23,844 bases of DNA from Octopus sinensis. Its lineage: Eukaryota. Of the stretch, positions 22,584 to 23,844 are shown in pieces (position 1 is the stretch's first letter; every line of letters starts with the position of its first letter). The notes below the pieces were generated by a model, which saw only the letters and a program-made list of their open reading frames with translations, did not search any database and had not been told where the DNA came from. The translations under genes were made by a program, and so were the position numbers. The stretch lies in NCBI RefSeq assembly GCF_006345805.1, contig NW_021836520.1:1-23844 (forward strand), given 5' to 3'.

Positions 22584-23141
22584 ATAATGTCCACCTTACC
22601 CGTTGATCTCCCGGAATGTGGTAATAGGAGATTTTCCCAAAACTTCTACAATGCTGTCATGGTTTCCAGAAGATCTGCAAAGGAAAAGATTTAAAGAATG
22701 TTTATGCATTGGTTTATTAAGGTTATTGCAGGTATCAAATACCTGTGTGTTTGTGTGTGAAGGGGATTCGTGAATTTGTGGAATCATGTATGCATGCATA
22801 TTTGAACTCCACGAAAGTATATATAAATATGTGTTTTTGTGTGTGTGTTTATTAGTGGTTTATATATTCATGTATGGGAAAATGGTTATAATATTTTGCC
22901 AGTACTTTTATTCTATTCTACAATGTGAATTTATCAAATTTTATATTATTTTGTTCATGTAGGGAAACGGAGCAAAAATTAGATAAAATATCAGAAAATT
23001 CAAAAGATATTAGAAGGATTTATTGCCATAGCACAGTAGCAGAAAACAGTATAGGTAACATAAATAAACTCACCCTACGTCCATCTGTTTATCATCCCAT
23101 TTAGAAGCAGTCATCATGAGTGATTTATGCTTGGTGTACTC
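1192..23141 (-). CDS. EVC2: Spliced multi-exon gene (12 exons in window, partial at both ends) encoding a long coiled-coil protein, putative EVC2/limbin-like
   Basis: Exons are bounded by AG/GT with matching phases: 23141-23074, 22674-22600, 21127-20884, 18717-18658, 17167-17054, 16276-16052, 12604-12542, 10336-10257, 7220-7061, 5704-5641, 3752-3562 give 1344 nt = 448 open codons; 1297-1192 follows with a phase mismatch. By-eye collinear similarity to human EVC2 as recalled from memory: DSIVEVL~[21 protein letters not shown]~HLSPQVERKMSAVF, NAME~[12 protein letters not shown]~[23 protein letters not shown]~LLSTAAAQLTHLIQK, KELHAEL~KKLHQKL. Needs BLASTP/Pfam confirmation; EVC vs EVC2 is not formally resolved. 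Confidence 0.72.
1624..1704 (+). ncRNA. Minimal type I hammerhead ribozyme motif (Penelope-like element type)
   Basis: Stem I AGCGG 1624-1628 / CCGCU 1700-1704; core CUGAAGA 1629-1635; stem II GGCC 1637-1640 / GGCC 1683-1686 (A1636.C1687 mismatch); GAAA 1688-1691; helix III AC-AUAU-GU (palindrome ACAUAUGU 1691-1698); cleavage triplet GUA, predicted cut after 1699. Confidence 0.72.
1755..1972. repeat. Degenerate (TA)n microsatellite
   Basis: Direct inspection. Confidence 0.92.
2588..2710. repeat. (TA)n/(TACA) microsatellite
   Basis: Direct inspection. Confidence 0.92.
2711..3145 (-). mobile_element. 3' fragment of an RTE-clade LINE (degenerate)
   Basis: Minus-strand translation GHVVR...[31 protein letters not shown]...[13 protein letters not shown]...KRQARRER, then a frameshifted C2H2-like end ([19 protein letters not shown], stop 2752-2750). 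Confidence 0.78.
3146..3327 (-). mobile_element. Probable 5' end (TIR plus 5' UTR) of another mariner family
   Basis: TA followed by cgaggatcggctgaaaagttcataggctgac on the minus strand, resembling mariner TIRs from memory. No partner TIR in the window. Confidence 0.5.
3562..3752 (-). CDS. EVC2: EVC2-like exon 11 ([13 protein letters not shown]...IRSMKSQ), phase 1 to 0
   Basis: Acceptor (ct)n-tcactcctgtccag|AT, donor CAG|gtaaat; 191 nt; overlaps ORF 3514..3738. Confidence 0.88.
3768..3796. repeat. (AG)n microsatellite, forming the pyrimidine tract of the exon 11 acceptor
   Basis: Direct inspection; about 15 nt from the AG at 3754-3753. Confidence 0.92.
3856..3995 (+). mobile_element. SINE family B, diverged fragment
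   Basis: catttcgtccgtctttagtttctgagttcaaat...ttttcgaggtccataaaataaagtacc. Confidence 0.6.
4170..4380 (+). mobile_element. SINE family A, diverged 3' half
   Basis: ccaccatcgcttgg...gtttacgtccctgtaaattagcagttcg...aaataaaaga. Confidence 0.65.
4497..5223 (-). mobile_element. SINE family B as a head-to-tail tandem array (one head plus about four core/tail units)
   Basis: atcgacccc at 4744, 4928 and 5112 (184-bp period), with a diverged unit at 4527. Head ggcggcgagctggcagaa at 5223; B-box-like gagttcaaattcc. Confidence 0.85.
5641..5704 (-). CDS. EVC2: EVC2-like exon 10 ([21 protein letters not shown]), phase 0 to 1
   Basis: Acceptor tttcttacccatttacag|GAG, donor G|gtgagt; 64 nt. Confidence 0.86.
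5948..6190 (-). mobile_element. Partial second copy of the 15246-15608 element
   Basis: ggacaagatatctcaagaaccgctggatgg...gatgaaactttcagggatgtttgg is the reverse complement of about 15490-15555; (tttg)n is expanded and the hairpin is half lost. Confidence 0.75.
6255..6470 (-). mobile_element. SINE family B, diverged copy
   Basis: aagtcgattacatc, ctccgaaaggatgaaa, atttgaactcagaac and ttctgctagctcg motifs shared with the 4497-5223 array. Confidence 0.65.
6660..6815. repeat. Probable dispersed-repeat fragment
   Basis: GC-richer island (aatccctttcaacacatg...gcaaatctgtggtattgagcag) resembling a repeat I recall from octopus DNA; only one copy in this window. Confidence 0.35.
7061..7220 (-). CDS. 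EVC2: EVC2-like exon 9 ([24 protein letters not shown]...KKRILEDL), phase 2 to 0
   Basis: Acceptor catatcttgcag|A, donor TTG|gtaata; 160 nt, open. Confidence 0.86.
7715..7808. repeat. (TA)n microsatellite
   Basis: Direct inspection. Confidence 0.95.
7990..9145 (+). mobile_element. Decayed Tc1/mariner (mariner-type) transposon, left TIR missing
   Basis: Right TIR gcattatttatgggataacccaa plus TA at about 9121-9145; transposase remnants inside; left boundary approximate. Confidence 0.85.
8128..9061 (+). pseudogene. Mariner transposase pseudogene (frameshifts and stops)
   Basis: N-terminal HTH region [17 protein letters not shown]...WFQKFRAGN; WVPHKL at 8447; RIVKGDE; FHQDNARPH (D at 8783); [10 protein letters not shown] at 8868 (degenerate YSPDLAPSD, third catalytic D lost). 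Confidence 0.88.
9244..9503 (+). mobile_element. SINE family C (tRNA-like head, CORE/V-like body, (TTTA)n tail)
   Basis: gtggaggcacgaggcttagtggttag A-box region, ggattcgattcc B-box, body tgtgttcgtgagcaaaacacttc...gcgatggactggcgtcccatccag. Confidence 0.7.
9620..10037 (+). mobile_element. SINE family A, full length (tRNA-like head, body, central (TA)/(TG) microsatellite, 3' half, (TAAAAGAG)n tail)
   Basis: A-box-like tggctgtgtgg, B-box-like ggttcagtccc; near-identical to other copies in the window. Confidence 0.85.
10257..10336 (-). CDS. EVC2: EVC2-like exon 8 ([26 protein letters not shown]), phase 0 to 2
   Basis: Acceptor ctttcatttctctgcag|AAT; weak donor CA|gtacga whose phase 2 matches the next exon; 80 nt. 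Confidence 0.75.
10810..11212 (-). mobile_element. SINE family A, full length, reverse orientation
   Basis: Reverse complement of the 9620-10037 copy with the same bipartite layout. Confidence 0.85.
11539..12074 (+). mobile_element. Internally deleted non-autonomous mariner (536 bp) with 30-bp TIRs and TA target duplications
   Basis: TIRs 11539-11568 and 12045-12074 differ at 1 of 30 positions; TA at 11537-11538 and 12075-12076. The transposase start [15 protein letters not shown] (11691) is joined out of frame to the C-terminal [22 protein letters not shown]...[14 protein letters not shown]. Confidence 0.93.
12250..12446 (+). mobile_element. SINE family A, 3' half only
   Basis: catcgcttgacaaccgat...cagtcaaatgcctgaaac; head absent. 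Confidence 0.75.
12542..12604 (-). CDS. EVC2: EVC2-like exon 7 ([21 protein letters not shown]), phase 0 to 0
   Basis: Acceptor ctttaattatag|CAA, donor TGT|gtgagt; 63 nt, open. Confidence 0.72.
13001..13170. repeat. (GATA)n microsatellite
   Basis: Direct inspection. Confidence 0.95.
13634..14720. repeat. Large (TATG)n/(TGTA)n array interrupted by a unique segment at about 14270-14372
   Basis: Direct inspection; source of the MYVC/HTYI ORFs. Confidence 0.96.
14775..15065 (-). mobile_element. Two adjacent diverged SINE family B pieces
   Basis: gaactcag...catttcgtccgacgtgctgccgattctgccag, and atcgaccccgaagagatgaaatgcaattttggcctcggcggaatttgaactcagaacgtaa. Confidence 0.65.
15246..15608 (+). mobile_element. 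Non-autonomous element with Helentron/DINE-like architecture (subterminal IR, (AAAC)n, 3' hairpin)
   Basis: acctctgcc (15270-15278) vs ggcggaggt (15600-15608); terminal hairpin acctccacctt-cgat-aaggcggaggt (15583-15608); (aaac)n just upstream; second copy at 5948-6190. Confidence 0.6.
15611..15858 (+). mobile_element. SINE family B, one unit plus the start of the next unit
   Basis: gcgaaatgcttagcggtatttcg...gagttcaaattccgccgagg...tttgcctttcattctttcggggtcgat...aaagaaataagtatttcgtctg. Confidence 0.8.
16052..16276 (-). CDS. EVC2: EVC2-like exon 6 ([18 protein letters not shown]...QAMFEIS), phase 0 to 0
   Basis: Acceptor ctttttttttctag|GAA, donor TCT|gtaaga; 225 nt, E/K-rich coiled coil. Confidence 0.88.
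16563..16871 (+). mobile_element. SINE family A, diverged, body deleted
   Basis: gtggctgtgtggtaag head joined to acggaaactgaaagaagcccg; 3' half ends gcagtcaaatga. Confidence 0.75.
17054..17167 (-). CDS. EVC2: EVC2-like exon 5 ([38 protein letters not shown]), phase 0 to 0
   Basis: Acceptor acattttggcag|CAA, donor AGG|gtaagc; 114 nt, within ORF 17012..17218. Confidence 0.85.
17395..18150 (+). mobile_element. Ancient RTE/BovB-like LINE remnant interrupted by a SINE
   Basis: FEMWVFHK.. and [20 protein letters not shown] before the SINE; [34 protein letters not shown] after it. These match RTE C-terminal motifs (FEMW, GHxxRR, GxRxRGR, EDRxxW). Confidence 0.65.
17541..17918 (+). mobile_element. 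SINE family A with a short internal body deletion
   Basis: Head ggcgcaggagtggctgtg and tail cagtcaaatgactgaaacaagtaaaagag; body jumps from tctcact to cgagccgacc. Confidence 0.85.
18230..18375 (-). mobile_element. SINE family B, diverged fragment
   Basis: aagtcgattacatcgatcccggtgcttaactgatacttattttatcgacccc...gatgaagggtaaagtcgacc. Confidence 0.65.
18658..18717 (-). CDS. EVC2: EVC2-like exon 4 ([20 protein letters not shown]), phase 0 to 0
   Basis: Acceptor (ctat)n-aaataatag|GCA, donor AAA|gtaagt; 60 nt, heptad-like. Confidence 0.82.
18727..18810. repeat. (GATA)n microsatellite adjacent to the exon 4 acceptor
   Basis: Direct inspection. Confidence 0.95.
19154..19313. mobile_element. Degenerate hAT (Charlie-like) MITE relic
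   Basis: Begins cagtggttcctaactgcggc...gggcc...gcggccc and ends aaaaaggttgaaacc, resembling Charlie-type ends. TIRs are degenerate and there is no clear 8-bp TSD. Confidence 0.45.
19562..19938. mobile_element. Tc1/mariner-type MITE (377 bp), 26-bp TIRs, TA flanks
   Basis: cacttgcgtcagaaattaattagcac (19562-19587) vs the reverse complement of gtgctaattaatttctgacggtagtg (19913-19938): 24/26 match; TA at 19560-19561 and 19939-19940; no coding capacity. Confidence 0.8.
19941..20033. mobile_element. Very small TA-flanked inverted-repeat element (about 93 bp, MITE-like)
   Basis: tacaataagaggcttccaa (19939-19957) is the exact reverse complement of ttggaagcctcttattgta (20017-20035). Confidence 0.65.
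20077..20446 (+). mobile_element. SINE family A, diverged, body deleted
   Basis: ggcgcaggcgtggctgtgtgg head, central (TG)n and a recognisable 3' half. Confidence 0.75.
20493..20650 (+). mobile_element. SINE family C-type head fused to a short tail
   Basis: Consensus A-box tggcccagtgg and degenerate B-box atttcgattctc; the body present in 9244-9503 is absent. Confidence 0.65.
20884..21127 (-). CDS. EVC2: EVC2-like exon 3 ([21 protein letters not shown]...EITLRNK), phase 2 to 0
   Basis: Acceptor gtttattacag|A, donor AAG|gtttgt; 244 nt; this is the non-repetitive part of ORF 20821..21402. Confidence 0.88.
21136..21325. repeat. (AAT)n tract between the exon 3 acceptor and the Dong 5' junction
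   Basis: Direct inspection. Confidence 0.95.
21325..22291 (+). mobile_element. 5'-truncated R4/Dong-clade non-LTR retrotransposon (end of RT region, CCHC knuckle, restriction-like endonuclease, 3' UTR)
   Basis: Open frame 21325-22086 ([11 protein letters not shown]...[19 protein letters not shown]...[18 protein letters not shown]...LLIDMTVP...[10 protein letters not shown]). It is flanked on both sides by (AAT)n tracts; Dong elements are known to target TAA repeats. Confidence 0.85.
22292..22455. repeat. (AAT)n/(AAC)n tract at the Dong 3' end
   Basis: Direct inspection. Confidence 0.95.
22600..22674 (-). CDS. EVC2: EVC2-like exon 2 ([24 protein letters not shown]), phase 2 to 2
   Basis: Acceptor tcttttcctttgcag|A, donor GG|gtaagg; 75 nt; phases match both neighbours. 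Confidence 0.8.
23074..23141 (-). CDS. EVC2: EVC2-like exon 1 in window ([22 protein letters not shown]), phase 0 to 2
   Basis: Acceptor ttattcttattttcag|GAG, donor GG|gtgagt; 68 nt, open. Confidence 0.8.
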
Positions 23142-23268
23142 CTGAAAATAAGAATAAACACAAAAGTAAACTAGTCATAACTTAAGAAAGTAAGCAAATA
23201 TCATAAACGTATACATATACATATATAAATATGTATATAAATATAAATATATATAAATATAATATAAA

Positions 23269-23433
23269 GGCGCAGGAGTGGCTGTGTGGTAAGTAGCTTG
23301 CTTACCAACCACATGGATCCGGGTTCAGTCTCACTGCGTGGCACTTTGGGCAATTGTCTTCTACTATAGCCTCGGGTCGACCAAAGCCTTGTGAGTGGAT
23401 TTGGTAGACAGAAACTGAAGGAAGCCTGTCGTG

Positions 23434-23480
<47 letters not shown>

Positions 23481-23710
23481 GTGTGTGTGTGTGAGTGTGT
23501 GTGTGTGTGTGTTTGTCCTCCCAAAATCGCTTGACAACCGATGCTGGTGTGTTCATGTCCCCGTCACTTAGCGGTTCGGCAAAAGAGACCGATAAAATAA
23601 GTACTAGGCTTACAAAAGAATAAGTCCCGGGGTCGAGTTGCTCGATTAGAGGCGGTGCTCCAGCATGGCCGCAGTCAAATGACTGAAACAAGTAAAAGAG
23701 TAAAAGAGAG
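23269..23710 (+). mobile_element. SINE family A, full length
   Basis: Same head, body, microsatellite and tail as 9620-10037. Confidence 0.85.
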
Positions 23711-23734
23711 TATACATGAATACATAACAATAAC

Positions 23735-23844
23735 TGGAACTCCGTCGGTTACAACAACGAGGATTCCGGTTGGTCCGATCAACGGAACAGCCTGCTCGTG
23801 AAATTAGCGTGTAAGTGGCTGAGCACTTCACTGGCATGAGACGC
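23735..23844. repeat. Start of a probable dispersed repeat (runs off window)
   Basis: aactccgtcggttac...gatcaacggaacagcctgctcgtgaaatt resembles a recalled octopus repeat; cannot be verified within the window. Confidence 0.35.

Overview
Eukaryotic, AT-rich, microsatellite-dense genomic DNA. The SINE, mariner and Dong repeat landscape suggests an octopus or other cephalopod; this is inferred from recalled repeat families, not from a search. By following AG/GT sites and phases I reconstructed 12 coding exons of one minus-strand gene (23141 down to 1192). Only fragments of six of them appear in the ORF track. They encode about 480 aa of coiled-coil protein collinear with my recollection of EVC2/limbin, and the gene runs off both window ends. 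The first 11 exons are phase-consistent; the last junction is not. The introns contain three tRNA-headed SINE families (one forming a 184-bp tandem array), a decayed mariner, a 536-bp mariner deletion derivative, two abutting TA-flanked MITEs, a hAT-like relic, two Helentron/DINE-like elements, RTE relics, a well-preserved 5'-truncated R4/Dong LINE in a (TAA)n tract, and many microsatellites. The most notable hidden element is a minimal type I hammerhead ribozyme motif at 1624-1704 (+), with the palindromic helix III typical of Penelope-like elements. Most ORFs in the supplied track are microsatellite artefacts.
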